Shown in pieces: positions 9,649 through 18,722 of a stretch of 64,000 nucleotides of DNA. The notes beneath the pieces are model-generated. The model was not told where the DNA came from, made no database searches, and worked only from the letters and a program-made list of their open reading frames with translations. The translations under genes were made by a program, and so were the position numbers. Each line of letters opens with the position of its first letter. The first letter of the stretch is position 1. Source of the DNA: Fimbriiglobus sp. (GTDB taxonomy: Bacteria; Planctomycetota; Planctomycetia; Gemmatales; Gemmataceae). The stretch lies in the NCBI GenBank assembly GCA_043727675.1, contig JAYSYJ010000281.1, positions 2,665 through 66,664 on the forward strand. The letters run 5' to 3'.

Positions 9649-10536
9649 TTACTTCTTGGTGGCGCGCTTCTGATCCACACCCTTGGATTCTCCGTCGATG
9701 GTGATGGAACCACCGTTGGGTAGCTCGGCCGTCATGGCGATGGTCACGACTTTCTTAGCCTCTTCTTGGTTGACCGTGCCGTCAATGCATGTGTCGATCA
9801 TCCCCGTGATGACGATCTTGGAACCGGCTTTGGTCGGGGCGAATTGACCGCCCAAATCGATCTCCAAAATCAAGACGCTGATGGTGAGTTCGAGGACGCC
9901 GAATTGGGCACCGTCTTTCTTGTACACCTTCAAAAGCTTCCCTTCGATCGACGATTTCTTCACGTCGATTTTCATTTCATCTTTGCCGAGAGTTTTGAAC
10001 ATCTTCTCGGATTTCTCGTTGGGCACTTTCCAAGTTCCGCCGACTTTCACGGCTTCCGTGGGCAGCATGTCCTGGTCGGTCGGTTCGTCGTCCGATTTGT
10101 TGAACTTTTTGAATAGGTCGGGGGCTTCGTCTTTCGTGAGCATTTTGCCATCGATGCTGAACTCGAACTCTTTACCCTTCTTTTCGATCAGAACCGTTTC
10201 GCCGGAGTAGATGGCTTTGACGGTTTTGCCTTTTTCGGTCTTCTCGGCAATCGTGTATTTCCGAGTCAGTTTCGTCGCGCGCTTATCGCCTTCCTTCTTC
10301 TCCAGAATTTCCTCGGTGTAGATCTCTTTATCCCCGGTCAGCGCTTCTTGGTTGTTGTTGGTACCGTTGACATTGACGATGATCTTGTTGGTGCCTTTGT
10401 CGTTCTTTTCCACGTCGAACTTGTCGCCCTTTTTCTCTTGGTACACCTTGAGCATGTACGTGTCCTCTGCGGCGAACACGGAGCCGCCGGCCAGCAGGCC
10501 GATGGCGAACAACGATACCAATAACGCACGGAACAT
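9649..10536 (-). CDS. secreted Lys/Glu-rich hypothetical protein
   Basis: The start is set at MFRALLVSLFAIGLLAGGSVFA (signal peptide). The protein is very K/E/T-rich and has no recognisable motif. Confidence 0.55.
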   Translation of the reverse strand: MFRALLVSLFAIGLLAGGSVFAAEDTYMLKVYQEKKGDKFDVEKNDKGTNKIIVNVNGTNNNQEALTGDKEIYTEEILEKKEGDKRATKLTRKYTIAEKTEKGKTVKAIYSGETVLIEKKGKEFEFSIDGKMLTKDEAPDLFKKFNKSDDEPTDQDMLPTEAVKVGGTWKVPNEKSEKMFKTLGKDEMKIDVKKSSIEGKLLKVYKKDGAQFGVLELTISVLILEIDLGGQFAPTKAGSKIVITGMIDTCIDGTVNQEEAKKVVTIAMTAELPNGGSITIDGESKGVDQKRATKK

Positions 10537-10680
10537 GGTGGCGATCCTACAGGGTGACTCGACGAAAAGCGGGCCTGACGCCGGCACGCACAGGGATATG
10601 ATACACCGCACGGAATCGACAGTCGCCGAGACGGTTGGTTCGACGATTGTCGTCAGTCGTGGAACCCGGAGTGATCGACC

Positions 10681-11427
10681 ATGCCCGACATTCGCACGTT
10701 GCCGTTCACCAGCTCGTCGGGTGCTGGGAATATGGCCGCCGACGAGGCGATGCTGGCCAGCGCGGCCGAGTATGCCATCGCCAGTTTGCGGGTCTATTCG
10801 TGGGACACCCCGACTCTGTCATTGGGATACTTCCAAAAAGCGTCCATCCGAAAATCGGACGGACGATTGGCCCGCCTCGCTTGGGTGCGCCGCTCCACCG
10901 GCGGAGCGGCCATCGTTCACGATCCCGCCACAGAACTGACCTATTCACTGGCGTTGCCGGCCGGCGAACTCTGGCAACCATCAGGCGAATCGTGGATTTG
11001 CCGGATGCACCATGGATTGCAAGATACTTTGCGCAGTGTCTGGGGGATCGAATCGAAGTTGGTCGTTTGCGGCGAGGAACAGAAACTCGGCCCGGTACTC
11101 TGTTTCCTCCATCAAACCGCCGGAGACTTGCTCGTGGGTGGCCACAAAGTCGCGGGGAGCGCCCAGCGGAAGCACAAGGGTGCCCTGTTGCAACACGGGA
11201 GTATCCTGCTCCGCCAATCGGAGTTGACACCTCTGTTGCCGGGCATTCGCGAGCTGACTACTCACGACATCTCATTCGACGATTTGGCCATCGCACTCAC
11301 CCGTCGTCTGGCAGTGGAAACCGGCTGGCACTTCGCCCCCGGTGCTTGGACGCCCGATGAATTGGCCACCAGCCAGCGCATCGAGTCGGAGAAGTTCGGG
11401 GCCGCGGCGTGGAATGAAAAACGCTGA
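10681..11427 (+). CDS. lipoate-protein ligase / octanoyltransferase family (BPL_LplA_LipB) protein
   Basis: ADEAMLASAAEYAIASLRVYSWDTPTLSLGYFQ and KVAGSAQRKHKGALLQHGSILL match the LplA-type catalytic-domain pattern (conserved Lys in KVAGSAQR). Confidence 0.75.
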   Translation: MPDIRTLPFTSSSGAGNMAADEAMLASAAEYAIASLRVYSWDTPTLSLGYFQKASIRKSDGRLARLAWVRRSTGGAAIVHDPATELTYSLALPAGELWQPSGESWICRMHHGLQDTLRSVWGIESKLVVCGEEQKLGPVLCFLHQTAGDLLVGGHKVAGSAQRKHKGALLQHGSILLRQSELTPLLPGIRELTTHDISFDDLAIALTRRLAVETGWHFAPGAWTPDELATSQRIESEKFGAAAWNEKR

Positions 11428-11512
11428 AGTTGGAAGAAAGCTCCTTGCAGTTCGTTCCCCCTCCGCTTACCCTCAGCCCACACGCCACCACTCCATTCGT
11501 TTGGGTCGATCC

Positions 11513-13663
11513 ATGCTCACCCGCCGTCAAATGCTGCTGGCTTCCGGGGCCTCCGTCTTGCCAGTCTGCACTCGAATCTTCGCAGCAGATGAACCGAACA
11601 TCACCAATTTTTTGAATACCGGCGAACTATCGAAGGATTCTCGACTCGGCAAACCGAAAACGCTCAACGACTATTTCCCGTTCGTGGTGCCGAAGACGAA
11701 AGAGGAGTGGAGTGCACGCCGGCAAGTCGTCCGCGAGCAAGTGCTGGTCTCGCACGGGTTGTGGCCGATGCCGGAGAAGACCGAACTCGAATCGACGATC
11801 CACGGCAAGATCGAACGCGACGGTTACACCGTGGAAAAGGTCTTCTTCACCAGCACGCCGGGGCATATCGTCAGTGGCAACCTGTACCGGCCGCGTCGGA
11901 AAGAAAAGGAGTCGCAGAAGTACCCCGCCGTCCTCTGCCCGCATGGCCACTGGAATAACGGCCGGCTTTACGAGAACCCTGAAGCGGCGGCGAAGACCGA
12001 GATCAAAAGCGGTGCCGAAAAGACCCTCGAGGGAGCGATGTACCCGCTGCAAGCACGCTGTGCGATGCTCGCCCGGATGGGATTCGTCGTCTTTTTCTAC
12101 GACATGATTGGCTACGCCGATAGCACCGCGATCCCGCACATTTTGAAGTCGGGCGTACCCAATCCGGACGGGTTCGCCGACGCCGAAGGGGAACTTCGAC
12201 TGCAAACGCTGATGGGGTTGCAGACGTGGAACAGCATTCGGGCGCTCGACTTCGTGACTGGCCTGCCGGACGTCGACGCGAAGCGCATTGGTATCACCGG
12301 GGCCAGCGGCGGCGGCACGCAGACGTTCGTTCTCGCCGCCATCGACGACCGCGTGCAGGCGGCCTTCCCCGCAGTCATGGTCAGTACTGCGATGCAGGGC
12401 GGTTGCATCTGCGAGAATTGCAGCTTGTTCCGCGTCGGCACCGGCAACATCGAACTCGCGGCCGTCTTCGCGCCCAAGCCGATGGCCATGAGCGGAGCCG
12501 ACGACTGGACGAAAGAAATCGAAACCAAGGGCTACCCCGAACTGAAGCGACTTTGGAAGCTGCTCGGCCAGGAGGAGAACGTGCTGGCCAAGGCGTATCC
12601 GCAGTTCCCGCACAACTACAACCAAGTGGCCCGCGAGCTGATGTACGGCTGGTTCAACAAGCACCTCTTCGGCGTCGATAAACTGGTGGCGGAACTGCCG
12701 TTCAAGCCGGTGCCACCGGCGGAACTGCGCGTCTTCGACGACAAGCACCCACGACCGGCCGACGAACTGAAAGCCAAGGAATTGCGGGCAAAACTGACGG
12801 CGGCCAGCGATGGGCAAATGGCGAAGCTGCTCCCGACGGATAAAGCCTCTGCAGAGAAATACCAAAGCGTGTTGAAGGTGGCACTGCGAGCCATGATCGC
12901 CGATGAACTGCCGAAAGAGGTCTCGGTTCGACAGAAAGCCATCGAGACGAAACACGACGGTTACTCACTGTACCGCGGCGTCATCGGCCGCTTGGGAGAA
13001 ACGGACGCGCTACCGTTCGCCAGTGTGTTCGGCGATCAACCCGACGGCCGCACCGTCATCTGGCTTCATCCGAATGGGAAAGCGTCCTTACTCGATGGCA
13101 AACAGTTGAAACCGGCGGCGAAGATGCTCGTGGATGCCGGCTGGACGGTCGTTGCGCCAGATCTGCTGGGCACCGGGGAACTGACGCCGGCCAAACCGTT
13201 CACAGTCTCCGAGATCTACGCCGGCTTCACCTATGGCTACAACCGCCCACTCTTCGCGGAACGCGTCCACGACGCGCTGACGGCCATCGGCTACGCCAAG
13301 TCGCTGGGTCGGAAGATCGTGAACCTGGTCGGCTGGGGCGAATTCGGCCCCATCGCCATTGTCGCTCGCGCCGCCGCGGGAGCGGCCGTGGACAAGCTGA
13401 TTGCCGACGGCAACCATTTCCAGTTTGCCAGTTTGAAGAAGCCGAGCGATCCGATGATGATGCCGGGAGCGCTGAAATACGGTGATCTCCCGGCGTTCTT
13501 GGCCCTCGGAGCACCGGGAAAGTCGCACGTATTCCATTTCGACTTCCCTGTGAAGAATCCGGCAACCACCACTTATGCGGCTCTTGATCAGTCCAAAGAT
13601 TTGGAGCTGAAACGCGGGGTTTCGACGGCGAAGCAGATCGCCGCATGGCTGATCGCGAAGTGA
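11513..13663 (+). CDS. Tat-exported alpha/beta hydrolase (acetyl-xylan-esterase / dienelactone-hydrolase-like)
   Basis: The start is set at MLTRRQMLLASGASVLPVC, where TRRQMLL fits the twin-arginine motif. The nucleophile elbow is ITGASGGGTQT (GxSxG). Confidence 0.7.
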   Translation: MLTRRQMLLASGASVLPVCTRIFAADEPNITNFLNTGELSKDSRLGKPKTLNDYFPFVVPKTKEEWSARRQVVREQVLVSHGLWPMPEKTELESTIHGKIERDGYTVEKVFFTSTPGHIVSGNLYRPRRKEKESQKYPAVLCPHGHWNNGRLYENPEAAAKTEIKSGAEKTLEGAMYPLQARCAMLARMGFVVFFYDMIGYADSTAIPHILKSGVPNPDGFADAEGELRLQTLMGLQTWNSIRALDFVTGLPDVDAKRIGITGASGGGTQTFVLAAIDDRVQAAFPAVMVSTAMQGGCICENCSLFRVGTGNIELAAVFAPKPMAMSGADDWTKEIETKGYPELKRLWKLLGQEENVLAKAYPQFPHNYNQVARELMYGWFNKHLFGVDKLVAELPFKPVPPAELRVFDDKHPRPADELKAKELRAKLTAASDGQMAKLLPTDKASAEKYQSVLKVALRAMIADELPKEVSVRQKAIETKHDGYSLYRGVIGRLGETDALPFASVFGDQPDGRTVIWLHPNGKASLLDGKQLKPAAKMLVDAGWTVVAPDLLGTGELTPAKPFTVSEIYAGFTYGYNRPLFAERVHDALTAIGYAKSLGRKIVNLVGWGEFGPIAIVARAAAGAAVDKLIADGNHFQFASLKKPSDPMMMPGALKYGDLPAFLALGAPGKSHVFHFDFPVKNPATTTYAALDQSKDLELKRGVSTAKQIAAWLIAK

Positions 13664-15780
13664 CCATGCCAACCACGCTCCGATCCTTGATCCGATTCCG
13701 ACTGATGCGCTTCCCGCGTTGGATGCGCTGGAGCACCGTTGTACTCTTGTTCGCAGGGCTGGCGGCGGGAAGCTATTACCAGCTAGCGTTGCAGCCACAG
13801 TCGCGAAAGTTGCAACGAATCGCCGAGTTATGGAGTGACTTCGACCGAGTTGCGAAATCTGGGAGCGATGCCGAACTGGCGACGATTTTGGATGAACTCA
13901 TCGGGCTGAACCCGGACGATGCGCTGGCCGTACGACGGCGAATCGCTCTCGACACCGGTTCGGCCGACGAATCCGATGCCATGATGCCGTTGCTGACACT
14001 CCCGAGACAATTACGCGCAGGCCGGTGGCCCGAAGCGGAACGCGAAGCCGGCAAACGGCTGGCGCACGAGCCGAACGATTGGCTGGCCCGCTGCACGATG
14101 GCCAAAGCCGCGCTGTTGCGCAGTGATCGTCCGAAGACCCTACGAGAAGTCGAACAACTCCCCCATCCGAACAACGCCGCGAGTCGCATCACACCGGCTT
14201 CGCTCTTATTCGCCTTCGAACTCTTCCGGGAATTGGATCGCGAACCGGTGGCCCTGCGGGAATTTGTCCGCGATGCCATCGTCGACTCGGTGCGGTCATC
14301 TGCGGCGGCATCGTTTCCCATCGCGGTCAAAGTGCAACTGGTGGAATGCTATCTCGAAGGATTCGAGATCCAAGCTGACCGCGTGCAGCCGAACGGCCTG
14401 AACCGAGGAGTCATCGCGGTGGGAAAGCTCATCGATTTGTCGCTCGACGATCCCACCTGCGACGTCGCTTCGATTCACAAACTGGGGCTTTGTTGCAATC
14501 GCTTGGTACCGGGATTTGCAATACTCCGGCGTGAAGGGCAGATCACCGCCGAGCAATATCCGACCATCGCCAGCGAACAGGAACGCCGAACCAAGCGAGC
14601 TTGGGAAACGCTGATCACCCGCGATCCGAAAACTGCGCCGGCGTATCACGGATTGGCCCTGGGGGCGCTGCGAACCCACGACGCATCGGCCACGTGGCAA
14701 CACCTCACCCAGGGTCTGGAACGGTGCGGCGACAATCCTCAGTTGCTGGCACTCTACTCACTGGTTCTGCGGGCCGACGATCAAGCCGCCGCCGCATTGG
14801 ATCGACTCCTTCGAGCGGTCGAGAACGACCCGAAGACGATCGCACTCTGGATGCTGATTGCCGAGACGGCCGAAGCGGCAGGCCGACGCGATGTGGCCTT
14901 GGAAGCTTGCGGAAAAGCCCGTCTCCTCGACCCGAAGAATCCGTGGATCATTCGTACCGAAGCCAAGATTCACATCGACGCCGGCGGTGGCTACACCCAC
15001 ACGGGAATCCAGTTGTTGAATTTGTTGGGCGATGCCTTGGTGAGCGATTCCCAAGCCGCACGGCTTTACGTCCGTGGTCTGAGCGAAGCGGGACTCGATT
15101 CGCTGATCGAGGGATTTCTGAACAGAGTGGAAACGGTCAGTCGAAAACAACACTCTCCGCATCTGATTGCTGAAGCACTCCGTGGGATGAGCGACAGCCG
15201 CTTTCAACCGACGTTGACCGATTTGGCCAGCCAGATGGCGAAACGATTGCTCGATCAATATCCCAGCGATCTGGAACTCCAAATGGTGCGAGCACTCAGC
15301 TTGTACCGCAGTGCCGAACAAGGTGATCCACGGTGGAACGAAACCAAGACCAGCGAGGCACTCCGGGCATTTGAACAACTGCAAAGTCACGCTCCGGACA
15401 ATCTGGAAATCGCGGCCACGCTGGCGTGGATGCGTCTCAAAGGCAAAAACGAACCGGGGCAGGCTCGGCGCGATGCCGCCAAACTGATCGACGCCTCCGA
15501 GCAAGACTACCCGCTGACGGCTTGGCAGTGGTACGTGCTCGGGGCCACCCATTTGGCGAACAATCAGCTCGATGCCGCCATCCGCGCTTTGGAAAAGGCT
15601 CGCCGGCACTCGGGAACGACGGCCGGTGTCGCCATCCACCTGGCACTGGCGTATCACCGCCAAGGTAAAAACGAGTTGGCCCGGACGAACCTCGAACGGG
15701 CGCAGGCACTGCCGCGCACGACCCAAGACCAAGCCGACTACCTCGACGCTTGCGCCATCCTGCAACGGGAGAAATTGTGA
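13645..15780 (+). CDS. membrane-anchored TPR-repeat protein
   Basis: There is an N-terminal TM segment (WSTVVLLFAGLAAGSYY) and then repeated Ala/Leu-rich TPR-like helices throughout. The start at 13645 overlaps the hydrolase gene by 19 nt. An alternative ATG at 13666 lies 2 nt after its stop. Confidence 0.7.
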   Translation: MADREVTMPTTLRSLIRFRLMRFPRWMRWSTVVLLFAGLAAGSYYQLALQPQSRKLQRIAELWSDFDRVAKSGSDAELATILDELIGLNPDDALAVRRRIALDTGSADESDAMMPLLTLPRQLRAGRWPEAEREAGKRLAHEPNDWLARCTMAKAALLRSDRPKTLREVEQLPHPNNAASRITPASLLFAFELFRELDREPVALREFVRDAIVDSVRSSAAASFPIAVKVQLVECYLEGFEIQADRVQPNGLNRGVIAVGKLIDLSLDDPTCDVASIHKLGLCCNRLVPGFAILRREGQITAEQYPTIASEQERRTKRAWETLITRDPKTAPAYHGLALGALRTHDASATWQHLTQGLERCGDNPQLLALYSLVLRADDQAAAALDRLLRAVENDPKTIALWMLIAETAEAAGRRDVALEACGKARLLDPKNPWIIRTEAKIHIDAGGGYTHTGIQLLNLLGDALVSDSQAARLYVRGLSEAGLDSLIEGFLNRVETVSRKQHSPHLIAEALRGMSDSRFQPTLTDLASQMAKRLLDQYPSDLELQMVRALSLYRSAEQGDPRWNETKTSEALRAFEQLQSHAPDNLEIAATLAWMRLKGKNEPGQARRDAAKLIDASEQDYPLTAWQWYVLGATHLANNQLDAAIRALEKARRHSGTTAGVAIHLALAYHRQGKNELARTNLERAQALPRTTQDQADYLDACAILQREKL

Positions 15781-17087
15781 CGCGTTCGATTTTGGTTTCG
15801 CTTTGTCTTCTCGGATTCACCATCGCCGTGCAGGCCCAAGTCCCGACGAAACCGCCGCCGGTCCCGGATGTTGATCGGGCGCGCGAAACATTCAAAACCG
15901 GCAAGATCGACGAGGCCTTCGAGCACCTCAAAAAAGCCTGTGCGGCCGATTCGCAACTGCGACCGCCGCGCGTGATCTTAGCCGAATGGCTGGTCGCAGC
16001 GGAACGTGGGAAAGAGGCGCGGCTTACGCTCGAACGGTTCACCTTCGAAGAACCGAAGCACCCGGACGGATATTTACTGAATGCCAGTTTCGCGTTCGGC
16101 GAAGGGCGCTTCACCGATGCGATTCTGAATTGCCAAGCCGCGTTGCAGTTCGCCGCTGACCCACGATGGGACGCCGCCGTCCGCAAGCGATTCCTCCGCG
16201 AAGCGCGCTTGGGCATGGTGGCCTCGTTCGAGCGCCGCAGCGATTGGGCCTCGGTGAAAGAGCAGCTGGCGGGACTCCTGAACGACGACCCGAAGAACGG
16301 CCCGTTCCGTCAGCGGCTCGCCGAGGCGACCTTCCACATGGGCCAGCCCGAAGCGGCCTTCGCCGATTTTCAAAAGGCCTTCCAAGACGACCCCGCCACC
16401 GAACCCGCCGAGTTGCGGATCGCCAAATTGTGGCTGACCCAAGGCAACCGCGACCAGGCCGAAACCTGGTTGAAGAAAGCCGTCTCGGCACACGGGTCGA
16501 ACCCCAAGACCCACCGAGCCTACACCGGCTTCCTCCTCGATGAAGGCAACCTGGACGCCGCTCCACTCTACCTCGCAGCGGCCGTCAAACTCGATGCCAA
16601 GGCCCGCGAAACGGTGACGCTGCAAGCCCTGTTGCTCCGGTACAAAAAAGAGTACCCGGCGGCGGAAGTGGCCTTCGAACAGCTCCACAAAGATACGCCC
16701 GGCGATCCCTTCGCCCTCGGCAACCTCGCGCTCGTCCTCGCGGAATCGACCGACGAGAAAAAGCGGAAACGGGCTGTCGAATTGGCGGAAACCAACGTCA
16801 AACAAAACAGCCGGTCGCCCGACGCTTACGCCGTGCTCGGCTACTGCTATTTCAAAGTGAATCGCATCGACGATGCCGATCAAGCTCTGGGAACGGCCGC
16901 CAGCGGTGGGCAGGTCGGCCTCGACACGGCCTACTTTTTAACGCTCGTGCTCAATGAGAAAAAGAAATTCGTCGAGGCCCACAAGATTCTGTTCGAGGCC
17001 GTGAACGCACGCGGGCCATTCGTCTATCGCGCCGAAGCCCGAGTGTTCCTGGCCGACATGGTGAAGCACTTGCCAGAAAAGAAGTAA
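15777..17087 (+). CDS. secreted TPR-repeat protein
   Basis: GTG 15777 overlaps the upstream stop (GTGA) and gives VTRSILVSLCLLGFTIAVQAQ, a signal peptide. TPR-like repeats include NLALVLAES and AYAVLGYCYFKVNRIDDADQAL. Confidence 0.7.
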   Translation: MTRSILVSLCLLGFTIAVQAQVPTKPPPVPDVDRARETFKTGKIDEAFEHLKKACAADSQLRPPRVILAEWLVAAERGKEARLTLERFTFEEPKHPDGYLLNASFAFGEGRFTDAILNCQAALQFAADPRWDAAVRKRFLREARLGMVASFERRSDWASVKEQLAGLLNDDPKNGPFRQRLAEATFHMGQPEAAFADFQKAFQDDPATEPAELRIAKLWLTQGNRDQAETWLKKAVSAHGSNPKTHRAYTGFLLDEGNLDAAPLYLAAAVKLDAKARETVTLQALLLRYKKEYPAAEVAFEQLHKDTPGDPFALGNLALVLAESTDEKKRKRAVELAETNVKQNSRSPDAYAVLGYCYFKVNRIDDADQALGTAASGGQVGLDTAYFLTLVLNEKKKFVEAHKILFEAVNARGPFVYRAEARVFLADMVKHLPEKK

Positions 17088-17089
17088 CC

Positions 17090-18649
17090 ATGCCACGCTC
17101 ACTGATCGCCGCCTGGGCCGGCTTGGGTCTCGCGGCGGCGGGCCTGCTGTTTCTGTTGGTGCAATTTTGGGGCACGCGACCGGAATACGCCGACCGCTTT
17201 TTGATCCTTCTCGCAGCGATTTTCGTGGCTTGGAACAGCCGGCGAACAGTACCCCCGGCACGTCCGTCCATTTGGTTGGCCCTCGCATTGGCACTGGTGG
17301 CATGCGGGCTGTTCCCGATCGCGGGTTACATGCAGACGCAAGCGACCGGCGGTCGTTCGGCACTGCTCTGGCTCGATGCGGTCACGTTGGTCATCGGCGC
17401 CGCCAGTCTGATGCTCGCCAGCGGTGGCTGGCCCCGTTTGCGGCACTTCGCATTCCCGCTGATCGCCCCGTTCTTCGCACTCCCGCTGCCATCACGGATC
17501 CTCGACCCGTTGCAAACCCAACTCCAAGAAATCACCACCACTGTCGCGGCCTTCATCCTTCCGATGCTCCGTATCCCCGTCGAACGTGCCGGCTTCGTGC
17601 TGAAATTGGCGGCCGGCGATCTCGGTGTTGCCGAAGCATGCAGCGGCGTGCAATCGTTGACGGCGCTCACGGCATTGGCGGCGTTCGTGTCGTACTGGAA
17701 AGGCTTCGGCCCTGGTCGCGGGTGCACACTGACTCTGATTGCCGTGCCGATCGTGGTTGCGGTGAATGCGATCCGGGTGATCCTCAGTGGCTTGATCCAA
17801 GAACACGCAGGTCGGGAGTACATCCGAGACGACTGGCACGATGCCCTCGGTTTCGCCCTAATCTTCGTTGGGCTGGGTTGCATCGTGGGTGTCGCAACGG
17901 TACTGCACCGCTTCGTTTCGATCCCGCTGACCGTTCCAAAAGTCGAAGAGGAGACGCCACCGGTTCGTGGGGCGTCAACTACTGTCGCTCGACTCGTGCT
18001 TATAGGAATTGCCCTCGGCGGCGTGGCTTACTACCACGGTTCCGCCCGCGACGACGCCATTGCCGAGTTGGCACCGTTAGAACAGATTCCTTTGCAATTC
18101 GACGGTTGGCACGGCGACGATCAACCGGTTCCCGACTCGATCTCCGCGACGCTGGGACAGGATCGGATTCTGCACCGCCTCTACGAAAACAATCTCGGCC
18201 AGACCGTCTCCGTCTGGGTAATCTATTGGTCGTCGGCCAAGCTCGTGAAAGGGTACCATCACCCCGATGTCTGCTTGGGCAATCTTGGATTCCACGTGAC
18301 GGCGAAGCGGGTGGACATTCTCCGACTCAATAATTCAGGAACGATTGCCGCCACGGCCCGCGAGTTCCACCGGGGCGTGCACGACCGGCAATTCGTGCTT
18401 TACTGGACACAAGAAGGGAATCGCATCTGGGACGATGCCGACGAACTCGCCGCCCAAAACGAAAGCGGAGTCGAGTGGTTCGCCGGTGCGTTGTCTGGTA
18501 GTCGGAAAAACCCAACTGGCCGACTGGTTGTTCTCGTGGGCACCGATGGGACTTCCCCATTGGCCCAGTCCGAAACCGCCCGATTCTGCCGCGAACTGGC
18601 CGGCCAACTGTACACCCTCTGCCCGTGGGCTATGCCACCCGACCATTGA
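17090..18649 (+). CDS. exosortase family transpeptidase fused to a C-terminal EpsI-family domain
   Basis: The N-terminal half is polytopic. It carries the exosortase triad contexts GVAEACSGVQSL (Cys), VNAIRVILSG (Arg) and WHDALGFALIF (His). The C-terminal ~200 aa (WHGDDQPVPDSISATLGQDRILHRLY...KGYHHPDVCL) is EpsI-like. The ATG lies 2 nt after the upstream stop. Confidence 0.8.
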   Translation: MPRSLIAAWAGLGLAAAGLLFLLVQFWGTRPEYADRFLILLAAIFVAWNSRRTVPPARPSIWLALALALVACGLFPIAGYMQTQATGGRSALLWLDAVTLVIGAASLMLASGGWPRLRHFAFPLIAPFFALPLPSRILDPLQTQLQEITTTVAAFILPMLRIPVERAGFVLKLAAGDLGVAEACSGVQSLTALTALAAFVSYWKGFGPGRGCTLTLIAVPIVVAVNAIRVILSGLIQEHAGREYIRDDWHDALGFALIFVGLGCIVGVATVLHRFVSIPLTVPKVEEETPPVRGASTTVARLVLIGIALGGVAYYHGSARDDAIAELAPLEQIPLQFDGWHGDDQPVPDSISATLGQDRILHRLYENNLGQTVSVWVIYWSSAKLVKGYHHPDVCLGNLGFHVTAKRVDILRLNNSGTIAATAREFHRGVHDRQFVLYWTQEGNRIWDDADELAAQNESGVEWFAGALSGSRKNPTGRLVVLVGTDGTSPLAQSETARFCRELAGQLYTLCPWAMPPDH

Positions 18650-18722
18650 CAACCCCTGCAGACGTGGAGTAGATTGATTTCACCTGCCAGGATGCGTTCC
18701 GCACCATTTTGAGTTCTTGCCC

